A DNA stretch of 64,000 nucleotides from Candidatus Dormibacteria bacterium (GTDB lineage: Bacteria; Chloroflexota; Dormibacteria; Aeolococcales; Aeolococcaceae). The stretch's first letter is position 1; each line of letters begins with the position of its first letter. The DNA lies in assembly GCA_050734185.1 (NCBI GenBank), contig JBOHUE010000157.1:1430-65429 (forward strand). The letters are read 5' to 3'. Positions 27,749 through 39,617 of the stretch are shown one piece after another. The notes beneath the pieces are model-generated. The model was not told the origin of the DNA. It searched no databases and saw nothing but the letters and a program-made list of their open reading frames with translations. The position numbers and the translations under genes are program-made.

Positions 27749-27771
27749 CGGCGGCACCTTACTCTGCAGAG

Positions 27772-28983
27772 GTGAGCGCTACCGGGCCCGGCGCCGGCGA
27801 CAGCAGCGAGTCCGAGCCGTCCGGGTTCATGGAGCGGCGGCGGCGACGGTCGACCGACCGCTCGGCGATCGGCGTCCGCACGCTGGTTGTCGCAGCGCTG
27901 ATCGTCCTTAGCATCGTCGCGCTGGTCTTCCTACTCAGCCACCTCATCAGCATCCTGCTGGTCATCCTGGTGGCGATCGTCTTCGCGGAGGGCATCCGGC
28001 CGCTGGTGAAGCTGCTTGGAGAACGCCGGGTCCCCGAACCGCTGGCGATCGTATTGATCTACATCGTCATCCTCGGCGCGATCGTCGGGCTGGCCGCGCT
28101 GCTCGTCCAGCCACTCGTCTCGGAGGCGCAGAACCTCGCCAACAACTTCCCGACGTACCAGCGGCACTTCCTCGACTTCTTCAACGGCCTGGAGCAGCAG
28201 TTTCACTTCAGCGCGAACATCAACTCGTTCGTCTCGGGAGCGCTGGGCACCGCGCAGCAGGTGCTGATCACAATCGGCGCGACGACCTTCTCGGTGGTGA
28301 TCAACTTCGCCCTGGTGCTGGTCATCGGCTTCATGTGGCTCGTGAGCACAGACCGGCTCAAAGCGTTCGTGGTCGACCTGATCCCGGTGCGCCATCAGGA
28401 GCTGGCGCGCGACGTGATCCGCGAGATCGGGTTCCGCATGGGCGGATTCGTGCGGGCGACGATCATCAACGGCATCGCAGTCGGCGTGGCAACGGGGCTC
28501 GCCAGCTGGATCCTGGGACTGCCGAGTCCGATCCTGCTCGGCGTCTTCTCCGGTCTGATCGCGCTCATCCCGGTGGTCGGGGCGGTGGCCGGGGTGATTC
28601 CGCCGACGCTGCTCGCGTTCACCATCGGCCCCGCATACCCGATAGTGGTGCTAGCAGTTATGCTGGTAATCCAAATGGTCGATGCAAATACAGTAGTGCC
28701 GTTGGTTATGAACCGGGTTGTGGCGCTGCCCGCCCTCGTGGTGGTGCTGGCGCTGCTCATCGGTGGTGCGCTGGCGGGCGTCATCGGCGCGCTGCTCGCC
28801 GTGCCGGTTGCGGCGGCACTCCAGGTGCTCGTTCTGCGGGTCGCCGTGCCTGCGATCCATCACGCCCAGGGCCGAGACGATCCCATCTGGGACGAGTATC
28901 ACCCTGAGCCCGCGCCGGCCAAGGAGGGAACACGCCGCCGCGGCTCGGCCCTCCGCTGGGTGCCCAGGCTCAAGCGTCAGTGA
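27772..28983 (+). CDS. AI-2E family transporter (PerM/YdiK-like)
   Basis: 8 TM helices with conserved AI-2E region; contains an anomalous 45%-GC patch at 28641-28715. Confidence 0.85.
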   Translation: MSATGPGAGDSSESEPSGFMERRRRRSTDRSAIGVRTLVVAALIVLSIVALVFLLSHLISILLVILVAIVFAEGIRPLVKLLGERRVPEPLAIVLIYIVILGAIVGLAALLVQPLVSEAQNLANNFPTYQRHFLDFFNGLEQQFHFSANINSFVSGALGTAQQVLITIGATTFSVVINFALVLVIGFMWLVSTDRLKAFVVDLIPVRHQELARDVIREIGFRMGGFVRATIINGIAVGVATGLASWILGLPSPILLGVFSGLIALIPVVGAVAGVIPPTLLAFTIGPAYPIVVLAVMLVIQMVDANTVVPLVMNRVVALPALVVVLALLIGGALAGVIGALLAVPVAAALQVLVLRVAVPAIHHAQGRDDPIWDEYHPEPAPAKEGTRRRGSALRWVPRLKRQ

Positions 28984-30122
28984 CGGCGGGCGCGGGGGTG
29001 CGCCCTATCCGCGCGCGCCTGCTCGGCGCCGACGCCGTGCGCGCGGTTGCGATGCTCGGCGTGATCGGCGTTCACGCGGCGGCGTGGGGGCCGTCGGCGA
29101 CCTTCCACTCCATCGACGTGATCACCAGGTATTCGGTGCCGGCGTTCGTGCTACTCACCGGCGTGGTGATCGCCTACAGCCACACGGGCCGGCGACTCGG
29201 CACCGGGTTCGCCCGCCGTCGCCTGGCGCGGACGCTGCTGCCATGGGTGGCCTGGGCGCCGGTGTTCGTCGCGTTCAGCGTGTTGACGGGCACGCTTCGC
29301 CTCACCGTCCCCGATATCGGCGGGTTCGTAGTTCAGGGTGGGGGGCACCTCTGGTTCTTGCTGCTCGTGCCCCAGCTGTATCTGCTGTTCGTGGTCTGGC
29401 CGCGCAATCACCGCTGGGCACTGGCCGCGGCCGCGATGCTAGTGCAGATCGGCCTCTGCGTCATGCGCCTGTATGCCGTTCTCCCCGGGTGGCAGTCGCA
29501 GCTGGTCCTCAACTACGCAGCGGAGATCTTCCCGTTCTGGGTCGGCTACTTCGCCGTCGGTCTCGCGATGGGAACCTCGTTGCGGCGACCCGGCGGGCTG
29601 CGCCGCGCGCTCAACGTGTGGCGGTTGCAGCTGACGATCGGTGCCGCCGCGGCAACGGTCGTGTCCGGCGCGGCCCTTCTGCTCGTGCGCTATCCGGGGT
29701 CGCCGTACGCGGCCACGTACCTCACCGGAACCGGTGCGTTCCTCAACCCGGCGCTGCCGCTGCTCGTGCTGAGCGCCGTTGCCACGATCGCTACGGTGGT
29801 CCCGCCGCTGCTGCGTCGCTCGCGGTTGCTGACGCGCGCCGTCACTTCTGTCAGCGAGCAGTCGCTCGCCGTGTACATCGTGCACCCGGTGCCGCTGTTC
29901 TTTCTCGGGACCTACCTGCTCGAGGAGCGCATGGCGGTGCGAGGCGTGAGCGCGCTCATGGCATTCGCCGCGCTGGTGCTGTTCACGCTCATCAGCTCAC
30001 TGGTCGTGGTGCGTTTGCTCCGCACAACGCGCGCCGCCACGACGCTGGGTCTGTCGCAGCGACCGCTCACGCTGCCCTTCGCGGCTCGTTCGCGCGTCCC
30101 GCAACGCGAAGAGGCGGCATAG
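28980..30122 (+). CDS. acyltransferase family 3 membrane protein
   Basis: About 10 TM helices, N-terminal AVAMLGVIGVHAA and YSVPAFVLLTG motifs of Acyl_transf_3; ATGA/TGA-type overlap with the upstream gene. Confidence 0.7.
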   Translation: MTAGAGVRPIRARLLGADAVRAVAMLGVIGVHAAAWGPSATFHSIDVITRYSVPAFVLLTGVVIAYSHTGRRLGTGFARRRLARTLLPWVAWAPVFVAFSVLTGTLRLTVPDIGGFVVQGGGHLWFLLLVPQLYLLFVVWPRNHRWALAAAAMLVQIGLCVMRLYAVLPGWQSQLVLNYAAEIFPFWVGYFAVGLAMGTSLRRPGGLRRALNVWRLQLTIGAAAATVVSGAALLLVRYPGSPYAATYLTGTGAFLNPALPLLVLSAVATIATVVPPLLRRSRLLTRAVTSVSEQSLAVYIVHPVPLFFLGTYLLEERMAVRGVSALMAFAALVLFTLISSLVVVRLLRTTRAATTLGLSQRPLTLPFAARSRVPQREEAA

Positions 30123-30133
30123 CGGCGTGCGCC

Positions 30134-31801
30134 TTAGAGCGGAATGTTTCCGTGCTTACGCTTCGGCCGCTCGACCTGCTTGCTGCGGGCCATGCGCAGC
30201 GCGTTGATCAGCGACCAGCGCGTGTTGCGCGGCTCGATCACATCGTCGATGTAGCCCCGCTCGGCCGCGTAGTACGGGTTGGCGAACTGCTCGCGGTACC
30301 CCTCGATCAGCTCCTCCCGGCGCCTCGCCGGGTTGTCTGCGTCAGCTATCTCCTTCTTGAAGATGACGCTGACGGCGCCCTGCGGGCCCATGACCGCGAT
30401 CTCCGCGGTCGGCCACACCACGTTGTAGTCCGCGCGGATGTGCTTCGAGCACATGACGTCGTACGCGCCGCCGTACGCCTTGCGTGTGATCACCGTCAGC
30501 TTGGGCACCGTCGCCTCGCAGTACGCGTACAGCAGCTTGGCGCCGTGGCGAATGATGCCGCGGTACTCCTGGTCGGTGCCCGGCAGGAATCCGGGCACGT
30601 CGACGAACGTCACCAGCGGGATGTTGAAAGCGTCGCAGAAGCGCACGAAGCGCGCCGCCTTGGTGGATGCGTCGATGTCCAGCGCACCGGCGAGCACGCG
30701 TGGCTGGTTGCCGACGACTCCGACCGTGTCACCGTCGAGACGGGCGAACCCGCAGATGATGTTCTGCGCGTGGAACGGCATCACCTCGAGGAACCTCGCC
30801 TCATCGACGACGCGCGTCACCACCTCGCGCATGTCGTACGGCTGGTTGGGGTTGTCCGGGATCACCTGCTGCAGCTCGGGGTCGGCACGATGCGGCGAGT
30901 CGTTCGTCTCGCGATGCGGCGGCCGCTCGCGGTTGCTCGCCGGCAGGTACGAGAGCAGCTCGCGCATTTGACCGAACGCGTCGTCCTCCGTGTCGGCGAT
31001 GAAGTGTGCGACGCCACTTCGCTGGTTGTGCACGTCGGAACCGCCCAGGTCCTCGAAGCTGACCTGCTCGCCGGTGGTCACCTTGATGACGTCGGGGCCG
31101 GTGATGAACATGTACCCGATGCGCCGCACCATGAAGACGAAGTCGGTCATCGCCGGTGAGTACACGGCGCCACCGGTGCACGGCCCAACGACGAGCGACA
31201 GCTGCGGTATCACGCCGCTCGACGTGACGTTGCGAAAGAAGATCTCGGCATAACCGGCAAGCGAGACGACGCCCTCCTGGATGCGCGCGCCCCCGGAGTC
31301 GTTGATCCCGATGCATGGACAGCCCGTCTGCTCGGCGAGGTCCATGATCTTCACCACCTTCTCGGCGAACACCTCGCCGAGCGAGCCGCCGAACACCGAC
31401 GCGTCGTGGCTGAAGACGAACACCTGGCGGCCCTCGATCGTTCCCCACCCGGTCACGACACCGTCGCCACGGATGCGACGCTCCTCCATGCCGAAATTGG
31501 TGGAGCGATGCATCGCAAAGAGATCGAGCTCGGTGAACGATCCGGGGTCGAGCAACCGGTCGATGCGCTCGCGCGCGGTGAGCTTGCCCTTGGCGTGCTG
31601 CGAACGTTCTGCAGCTCCGCCACGACGAATCGCGTCGTAGCGCCGCTTTCGCAACACGTTGACCGCGTGTTCGCTGGCGCTGCCGCCCGTCCGCGCGCCA
31701 TTGTTGGCGTCCGGCGTGCGTTCCTCGAGTTCGTCGGCTGCGAGCTTGGCGGCGTCGGTCGCGCCTGCGGGAGGCACGGGCTTCCGCGTGTTGCGTGGCA
31801 T
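30134..31801 (-). CDS. pccB: acyl-CoA (propionyl-CoA) carboxylase carboxyltransferase beta subunit
   Basis: Full-length carboxyl-transferase (two crotonase-like halves); genomic context with methylmalonyl-CoA epimerase/mutase supports propionyl-CoA specificity. Confidence 0.9.
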   Translation of the reverse strand: MPRNTRKPVPPAGATDAAKLAADELEERTPDANNGARTGGSASEHAVNVLRKRRYDAIRRGGAAERSQHAKGKLTARERIDRLLDPGSFTELDLFAMHRSTNFGMEERRIRGDGVVTGWGTIEGRQVFVFSHDASVFGGSLGEVFAEKVVKIMDLAEQTGCPCIGINDSGGARIQEGVVSLAGYAEIFFRNVTSSGVIPQLSLVVGPCTGGAVYSPAMTDFVFMVRRIGYMFITGPDVIKVTTGEQVSFEDLGGSDVHNQRSGVAHFIADTEDDAFGQMRELLSYLPASNRERPPHRETNDSPHRADPELQQVIPDNPNQPYDMREVVTRVVDEARFLEVMPFHAQNIICGFARLDGDTVGVVGNQPRVLAGALDIDASTKAARFVRFCDAFNIPLVTFVDVPGFLPGTDQEYRGIIRHGAKLLYAYCEATVPKLTVITRKAYGGAYDVMCSKHIRADYNVVWPTAEIAVMGPQGAVSVIFKKEIADADNPARRREELIEGYREQFANPYYAAERGYIDDVIEPRNTRWSLINALRMARSKQVERPKRKHGNIPL

Positions 31802-31834
31802 CGAAGAACAGGCTACCTCACCCGCGACCCGTTT

Positions 31835-33405
<1,571 letters not shown>

Positions 33406-33409
<4 letters not shown>

Positions 33410-33837
33410 GAGCTCGGCGACGGCGCCTCAGGATCCGGCTGGCACAGCTCGGTGAGCACCCCGGCACCGGCGGACGGATGCAGGAAAGCGACCAGACGGC
33501 CCGCGGCGCCGTGACGCGGGCACGTGTCGAGCAGGCGCAACCCGAGTCCGGCGAAGCGATCGAGACTCTGCTGCACGTCATCGACGGCATACGCGACGTG
33601 GTGCAGACCGCCGCCCCGCTTGGCGACAAAGTTGGCGATCTTGGAGTCGGGACGTGTGCTGCCGAGGAGCTCGATTCGCGATTCGCCCACCTGGAACATC
33701 ACGGCCTCGATGCCGTCACTCTCGACCCGATCTCGGTGAGACGGGGCTGAATCGGTGAGCTCCGCGTACGCCGCCACCGCGGCGTCCAGATCCGCGACAG
33801 CGATGCCGATGTGATCAATACCGTTGAACGAGGCCAT
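33406..33837 (-). CDS. methylmalonyl-CoA epimerase (VOC/glyoxalase fold)
   Basis: 143 aa, HIGIAV...ELL...GGGLHHVAY metal-ligand pattern; only the last 143 codons of track ORF 33406..35157 are real. Confidence 0.85.
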
Positions 33838-33930
33838 CCTCGACCGAGTATAGGCAGCCGCTGTTTGACGGGGCTGCAACGATCCGGCCCGGCGAATCCC
33901 CGCGCGAGCGCCGCTCAATACGATCGTCCC

Positions 33931-35358
33931 GTGGCTCTGCGCAGGCTGCTCCTGGGCGGCCTTCTCGTGTTCACGATCGGGTTCGCGGTGTTCGCGCTGG
34001 AGCACATGTTCCCGCCGCAGCCGTATGGCATCGCCGACGACTGGCGCGTGTTCTACGCCGCTGCGACCGTGGTGCAGCACGGCGGCAACCCCTACGACGC
34101 GACGACGATCCACGCCGCCGAACAGGCGGCGCAGCACTATCAGAACGTGCAGCCGTCGCTCGACGACTTCACCGATCTCCCGATCATCGCGCTCGTGCTG
34201 CGCGCTGTCACGTGGCTGCCGTACTGGGCGAGCTACGCCGCGTTCAGCGCCGCCGGGATCGTCATCGTCATGGCGTCGCTCTTCGCATGGATGCGTGCGT
34301 GGGGCTGGCGCCGACCCGCGCTCTGGCTCCTCGGCGGCCTGGCGTCGTGGCCCGTGCTGCTCGGCCTGTTCTCGGGTCAGTTCGACGCGGTGCTGCTCGG
34401 CGCAACCATCGCCGCGCTCCTGCTGATGCGCCGGCATCGACCCGTGGCCGCGGGGCTGTGCATGGCCGCGGTGCTGTTGAAACCGCACCTGCTCTGGCCA
34501 CTGCCGCTGCTGCTGTTCGTCGTGTGGCTGGACGATCCGCGTCAGGCGTGGCGGTTCGCGGCGTCGGCGGCCGCCGTGATCCTGAGCGGCACGCTGATCG
34601 GATTCCTGCTCGTCCCGAATTCGTCGGGATTCGTCGGACACCTCCTTGGATTCGGGTCGCGGGTGGCCGACGTGCAGCCGGACCTCGCCGGCGTTCCGGG
34701 CATGCTCCTGCACCTGCCGGGAGGCAGAACCATTGCAGTGGCGGTCGCAGCCATTGGAGTGGCGGCGGTGTTCGCGCTGGCAGCATGGATCGCGGTGCGC
34801 GGACGGCGTCGCGAGATGGGAGAGCACGCACGCGCGTTGATCCCGCTTGCCGGGCTCGCGGTCTGGCTTGCGCTGACGCCATACGCCCACCCCAACGACG
34901 ACGTCCTGCTGTTCCCGCTCGTCGTGCTCATGGTGGGTCGCGATGCCGCCGCGCTCGAGGGGCGCGCCCTCGGCGCCGGTCTCGTCGCCGCGGCAGTCGT
35001 GGCCGCGGCCTTCATCGCCGCGCCGGCAATCGGCTTTCTCGCCGTCATCGGGGGCGCGAGCTGGCTGGTCGTGCAGCGGCATCGCGTCACCGCGCCGCTT
35101 GTGGCAGCACTCGCGTTCGCAGCCGTGGCGGTGCTCCCCACCGTCTGGCCGTTCCACGTGCTGACCGTTCCCGTGACACCCATCGCCGTGGTGCTCACCG
35201 CGCTGGCAGGGCTGCTCAGCGTCCGGGAGACCCTCGGGCCGCCGCAGCCAGGCTCAGTGAGAGAGCGCGTCGGGGAGCGCGAGCGGAGTGGGGGGATCGG
35301 TGGCGTAGTCGTAGAAACCACGCCCGCTCTTGCGGCCGAGGCGTCCGGCCGCAACTAG
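33931..35358 (+). CDS. membrane protein, DUF2029 / GT87-like (polyprenyl-P-mannose-dependent mannosyltransferase family)
   Basis: Start placed at the in-frame GTG at 33931 to avoid overlap with the divergent epimerase gene (track ORF starts at 33811); about 10 TM helices. The C-terminal 105 bp overlap the convergent dehydrogenase gene. Confidence 0.6.
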   Translation: MALRRLLLGGLLVFTIGFAVFALEHMFPPQPYGIADDWRVFYAAATVVQHGGNPYDATTIHAAEQAAQHYQNVQPSLDDFTDLPIIALVLRAVTWLPYWASYAAFSAAGIVIVMASLFAWMRAWGWRRPALWLLGGLASWPVLLGLFSGQFDAVLLGATIAALLLMRRHRPVAAGLCMAAVLLKPHLLWPLPLLLFVVWLDDPRQAWRFAASAAAVILSGTLIGFLLVPNSSGFVGHLLGFGSRVADVQPDLAGVPGMLLHLPGGRTIAVAVAAIGVAAVFALAAWIAVRGRRREMGEHARALIPLAGLAVWLALTPYAHPNDDVLLFPLVVLMVGRDAAALEGRALGAGLVAAAVVAAAFIAAPAIGFLAVIGGASWLVVQRHRVTAPLVAALAFAAVAVLPTVWPFHVLTVPVTPIAVVLTALAGLLSVRETLGPPQPGSVRERVGERERSGGIGGVVVETTPALAAEASGRN

Positions 35359-36120
35359 GCGGTCCAGCACCTCGACCGTCGCCTCGTCGCCCGGTTCGCG
35401 CTCGCGCTGCATGCGATCCCGGCGGACGCCGAGCACGGTGTCCAGCCCGGAGAAATCGGCGAGCTCGAATGGTCCCATGGGCCAGTTGAGCCCGGTGCGC
35501 ACCGCGGTGTCGATGTCCTCCGCCGTTGCCACCTCAGCGGCGAGCAGCGTGAACGCCTCGCGCGACGCGGCGCCGAGGATTCTGTTCACGATCAGCCCGT
35601 CGAGCTCGCGTTCGACGACGATCGCGGTGCGCCCGATGCGCCGCGCCCACGCGAGCGCGCGCTGCACCGTGTCATCGCTGGTTGCGGGGCCGCGCCCCAC
35701 CTCGCACATGTCCATGACCAGCACCGGGTGGAAGAAGTGCATGTTGCAGCACAGTTCGGCGCGTTGCGTCTCGCTCGCAAGCCGGGACACCACGATGTTG
35801 CTCGAGTTGGTGGCGATGCCGGCGCCCGCGGGCAGCGCGCGATCCAGCTCGGCGAACACCACGCGTTTGGTGCTCTCGTCCTCGACCACGGCCTCGATCG
35901 CCCATGCGGCGCCCGCCGCAGCCGCTGACAGGTCCGACGTGCTGCCGACTCGCTCGAACGCGGCCTCCGCGTGTTCGGAGTCGAGCTTGCCGCGTTCCAC
36001 GCGGCGCTCGAGCCACTGGCGATTGCCAGCCGACGCTCGCTGCAGCTGAGCCCGGCTGACGTCGACCAGTGAGACGTCGACGCCGTGCAGCGCCGCCTGC
36101 AGCGCGATCTGCGCACCCAT
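35254..36120 (-). CDS. 3-hydroxyacyl-CoA / 3-hydroxybutyryl-CoA dehydrogenase
   Basis: C-terminal GRKSGRGFYDY. The Rossmann loop IVGAGTMGAQIA straddles the annotated ATG, so the true start lies upstream (about 36144) with no canonical start codon in frame. Confidence 0.85.
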   Translation of the reverse strand: MGAQIALQAALHGVDVSLVDVSRAQLQRASAGNRQWLERRVERGKLDSEHAEAAFERVGSTSDLSAAAAGAAWAIEAVVEDESTKRVVFAELDRALPAGAGIATNSSNIVVSRLASETQRAELCCNMHFFHPVLVMDMCEVGRGPATSDDTVQRALAWARRIGRTAIVVERELDGLIVNRILGAASREAFTLLAAEVATAEDIDTAVRTGLNWPMGPFELADFSGLDTVLGVRRDRMQREREPGDEATVEVLDRLVAAGRLGRKSGRGFYDYATDPPTPLALPDALSH

Positions 36121-36176
36121 GGTGCCCGCGCCGACGATGAGCAGCCGCTCGTCAGGACTCGTGCGAGCCCTCCGGC

Positions 36177-36608
36177 CTACTCATCGGGCCATTTGACCGG
36201 AACACGTGTCGTGCACTCCACGAGTTCCTGGGACGCCTTGGTGTAGCGCACGATCGTGGGGAAGTTGCCACGCAGCTTCAGCTGCCCGAGCATGATTCCC
36301 TTGACGGCGTCGAGCTGCTTCGTCGCCACCTTCTTCCAGCGCGAGTACGAGGCGGTGATGACGAACGCTGCCTTCTCGGCTTCCTCGCGGCCGACGGCCT
36401 TGACGTCGCGCGCCTCTCCGTGCCAGAGGTCGAGAAAGATGCCGTTGTCGTTGGGCACGTTCTTGTCCGGCTCGGCAAGCACCACAAGCCCCACGGTTCC
36501 CTCCCAGCCGGCGGCCGCCTGCTTGTAGACCGAGGACTTGTTGATCTCATCCTTGAACGCCTGCGCCCACTCCGGGCTGTAGGGCTCGTACACCACGACA
36601 TCCACCAC
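36177..36608 (-). CDS. SCP2 sterol-carrier-like domain protein
   Basis: 143 aa; C-terminal MLGQLKLRGNFPTIVRYTKASQEL resembles the SCP2 fold; lies within the beta-oxidation operon. Confidence 0.5.
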   Translation of the reverse strand: MVDVVVYEPYSPEWAQAFKDEINKSSVYKQAAAGWEGTVGLVVLAEPDKNVPNDNGIFLDLWHGEARDVKAVGREEAEKAAFVITASYSRWKKVATKQLDAVKGIMLGQLKLRGNFPTIVRYTKASQELVECTTRVPVKWPDE

Positions 36609-36663
36609 CGCTGGACCTCCTTTGTTTCGGCGTGCGGCCCATTCAGGCGGCCGGCGCCCGTGG

Positions 36664-38859
36664 TCAGTGTGCCTCGCGGACCTCTGCTACTGCTTTGTCG
36701 TCCTCGGAATCCGCGAGCGAACGCGCCACGTACACCGCGACGTCGTCCACCGCGATCTTCTCGCCGAGGTCCTTGCTGGAGATGCCCTCGTCGAACATCG
36801 CCAGGCAGTACGGGCACGCGGTCGCCACCTTCGATGCCTCGGTGTCCACCGCCTGCTGCACTCGGGCGTGGTTGACGCGCGGCTGCTCCTCCTCCATCCA
36901 CATGCGCCCGCCGCCCGCGCCGCAGCACATGCCCTCGCTGCGACTGCGCGCCATCTCCACGATGCGCAGCCCGGGGATGCGTTCGAGGATGTCTCGCGGC
37001 GGCGCGAAGATGTCGTTCCAGCGCCCGATGTAGCAGGAGTCGTGGTACGTGATCGTCTCCTGCTGCGCCTTCGACTCGTCCAGCCGCAGACGCCCCGACT
37101 TCAGCAGCGCATCGATCACCTGCGTGTGGTGCTGCACCTCGTAATGGCCGCCGAAGTCCGGATACTCATTGAGCAGCGTGTTGAAGCAGTGCGGGCACGA
37201 CGCGATGATCTTGCGCACGTGGTGCTGCTCCAGCACCTCGACGTTCGCCCGCGCGCGCTCCTGGAACAGGTACTCGTTGCCGATGCGCCGCGCCACCTCG
37301 CCGGTGCAGCGCTCCTCGGTGCCGAGGATGGCGAAGTCAACCCCGGCAGCGCGCAGGATCTTCACCATCGCCTCGGCGATGGTGCGCGCGCGCTCGTCGA
37401 ATGACGACGCGCAGCCCACCCAGTACAGGTATTCGGCGTCGGGCTTCTCGTGCAGGAACTGAACGTCGAGGTCCTTTGCCCAGTCGGCACGTGTCTGATG
37501 CGACAGGCCGTACGGATTGGAGACGTTCTCGATGTTGCGCAACGCCGTCTCCGCCTGACGCGGCATGCGCGACTCGTCGAGCACCAGGTGACGGCGCATC
37601 TCGACGATCTTGGGCACGTGCTCGATGAGCACCGGGCACTGGTCCATGCACGCGCCGCACATCGTGCAGGCCCACAGCGTCTCGTCGCTCATGGTGCCGC
37701 CGAATAGCGGACGCGTGCCGCCGTTGCTCTCCACCGCCTGCGCCACCTGATCGGGTGCGAGCCACGAGGGCTGGAACTCACCGGGCAGGTCGTGCTGCGC
37801 GCCTTCCTCGTGGTCGCCGGTGACCCACATGCCCTCGTCCTCGTGCGCGTCGTGCGTCGTCGCCGCGTACCCGCCGGCGAGGTTCTCGTACGCGTGATCA
37901 CGCAGGTCGGTGATCAGCGTCTTGGGTGACAGCGGCTTGCCCGTGTTCCATGCCGGGCAGTGCGTCTGGCAGCGACCGCACTCGGTGCACGTGTACAGGT
38001 CGAGCATGTCCTTCCACGAGAAGTGCTCGATGGCCGCGGGACCGAAGTGCTGGTCGGCCTCGTCGGGGGCGGTCATCACCGCGTCGATGTCGAGTGTCGG
38101 CAGCGCTCCCTTGGGCTTCTCGCTGCGGAAGAACACGTTGAAGACCGCGGTGATGATGTGCAGGTGCTTGCTGTATCCGAGGTACACGAGGAAGCCGAAC
38201 ACCAGCGTCAGGTGCAGCCAGAAGAAGATGCCGTGGAACACCACGAGCGCCTCGCTGTTCGCGCCCAGCGGCCGGAAGATGCTGGAGAAAGCCGACGCCA
38301 CCGGGCGCCACTGGGCAACCGCCTCGGGCGACCGCTCGGCGATGCGCGTCGCGTAGTTGAGCTCCATCGCCAGCAGCAGGGTGCCGATCCACGCGAGGAT
38401 CAGGAGCGCGTCGCGGCGATGGCTGCCGCGGAACCGGATGGGATTGATGAACAGCCGGTTGACCAGCGCCATGACGACGCCCGCTTCGACCACCAGGAAG
38501 AACAGGTCCTGCAGGAACGCGATGGCGCCGCTGCCGGGCAGCAGATCGAAGCGGAATCCCTGCCACAGCGCCTCGATGATGCCCTGCACGATCGCGGTGA
38601 GCAGCACCACGAAGCCCCAGAAGATGAACGCGTGCAGGATGCCCGCGTAAGGCCAGCGCAACAGGCGAGCCTGCGCCAGCACGTAGACGCCGACCGCGCG
38701 CATGCGATCGGCGATGCGATCGAATCGAGCATCGCGCCGCTGCGAGCGGCGCATCAACCCCAGCAGCTTGTTCCAGCGCAAGCCCGCTGCGGCGGTCGCG
38801 GCGCCCGCGATCAGCACGAGCGCGATGGGACTAAGGAGTGCGGTCAACGGCCCTTCCAC
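36664..38859 (-). CDS. membrane-anchored Fe-S oxidoreductase (NarI-like cytochrome b domain + 4Fe-4S ferredoxin + CCG-domain, HdrD/GlpC-like)
   Basis: N-terminal 5-TM domain; CxxCxxCxxxCP motifs (CTECGRCQTHCP, CTMCGACMDQCP); two CCG cysteine-rich domains. Confidence 0.8.
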   Translation of the reverse strand: MEGPLTALLSPIALVLIAGAATAAAGLRWNKLLGLMRRSQRRDARFDRIADRMRAVGVYVLAQARLLRWPYAGILHAFIFWGFVVLLTAIVQGIIEALWQGFRFDLLPGSGAIAFLQDLFFLVVEAGVVMALVNRLFINPIRFRGSHRRDALLILAWIGTLLLAMELNYATRIAERSPEAVAQWRPVASAFSSIFRPLGANSEALVVFHGIFFWLHLTLVFGFLVYLGYSKHLHIITAVFNVFFRSEKPKGALPTLDIDAVMTAPDEADQHFGPAAIEHFSWKDMLDLYTCTECGRCQTHCPAWNTGKPLSPKTLITDLRDHAYENLAGGYAATTHDAHEDEGMWVTGDHEEGAQHDLPGEFQPSWLAPDQVAQAVESNGGTRPLFGGTMSDETLWACTMCGACMDQCPVLIEHVPKIVEMRRHLVLDESRMPRQAETALRNIENVSNPYGLSHQTRADWAKDLDVQFLHEKPDAEYLYWVGCASSFDERARTIAEAMVKILRAAGVDFAILGTEERCTGEVARRIGNEYLFQERARANVEVLEQHHVRKIIASCPHCFNTLLNEYPDFGGHYEVQHHTQVIDALLKSGRLRLDESKAQQETITYHDSCYIGRWNDIFAPPRDILERIPGLRIVEMARSRSEGMCCGAGGGRMWMEEEQPRVNHARVQQAVDTEASKVATACPYCLAMFDEGISSKDLGEKIAVDDVAVYVARSLADSEDDKAVAEVREAH

Positions 38860-39617
38860 ATCGGCTGGCGCTTCTGCAGGAACGCGCTGATGCCCTCGGC
38901 CGCGTCCTCGGTGCCGAACAGCTCGGCGAACTCGCGCTGCTCCAGTGCGAGCGCATCGGCGATGGGCAGATGCAGGCCGTCGTTCATGACGCGCTTGATC
39001 GCGGCCAGCGCGCGCGGCGCACGCGATCCCAGAAGCTCGGCCCAGCGCGCCGCGGCCTCGGTCAGGCCGCCGTCCTCGACCACCTCGGCCACGAGGCCGA
39101 GCTGCAGCGCCGAGTCGGCGTCGATGGGATCTCCGGTGAGCAGGAGCTCGCTGGCCCGCGCCCGCCCGATCAGGCGCGGCAGCCGCTGGGTGCCGCCCCA
39201 GCCGGGCATGATCCCGAGTTTGATCTCGGGCTGACCGAAGCGCGCGCTGCGCGTGGCGATGCGAACGTCGCAGGCGAGGCTGAGCTCGCAGCCGCCGCCG
39301 AACGCGACCCCGTTGACCGCGGCGATGATCGGCAGCCGGGAGCGCTCCAGGCGCAGGGTCAGGTCGACGGCGCCCCCGAGGCTGTCGTCGCCGGAGCCGA
39401 ACTCGGTGATGTCCGCCCCGGCGGAGAAGAACTTCGGGCCGGCACCGGTGATCACCAGCGCGCGGCAGGTGTCGTCCGCCTCGGCGCGCTCCAGCCCCTC
39501 AGCCAGGCCACCGACCACGGCGCTGCTGATCGCGTTGGCCGGGGGATGGTCGATGGTGAGCGTGCTCGTTCCACCCTCCCGCTCCTCACGCACCACGTCG
39601 TGCAGCACTTGGGCCAT
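38844..39617 (-). CDS. enoyl-CoA hydratase/isomerase (crotonase family)
   Basis: Oxyanion-hole motifs FSAGADI and AVNGVAFGGGCELSLACD. Confidence 0.9.
   Translation of the reverse strand: MAQVLHDVVREEREGGTSTLTIDHPPANAISSAVVGGLAEGLERAEADDTCRALVITGAGPKFFSAGADITEFGSGDDSLGGAVDLTLRLERSRLPIIAAVNGVAFGGGCELSLACDVRIATRSARFGQPEIKLGIMPGWGGTQRLPRLIGRARASELLLTGDPIDADSALQLGLVAEVVEDGGLTEAAARWAELLGSRAPRALAAIKRVMNDGLHLPIADALALEQREFAELFGTEDAAEGISAFLQKRQPMWKGR

Noticed and set aside
33838-35157. Upstream 440 codons of the 583-aa minus ORF 33406..35157
   Set aside because: Antisense to the GT87-like membrane gene; only the terminal 143 codons (methylmalonyl-CoA epimerase) are real.
36622-39234. Plus-strand ORFs 36622..37404 and 37960..39234
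   Set aside because: Antisense to the Fe-S oxidoreductase and the enoyl-CoA hydratase; His/Arg/Asp-rich nonsense.
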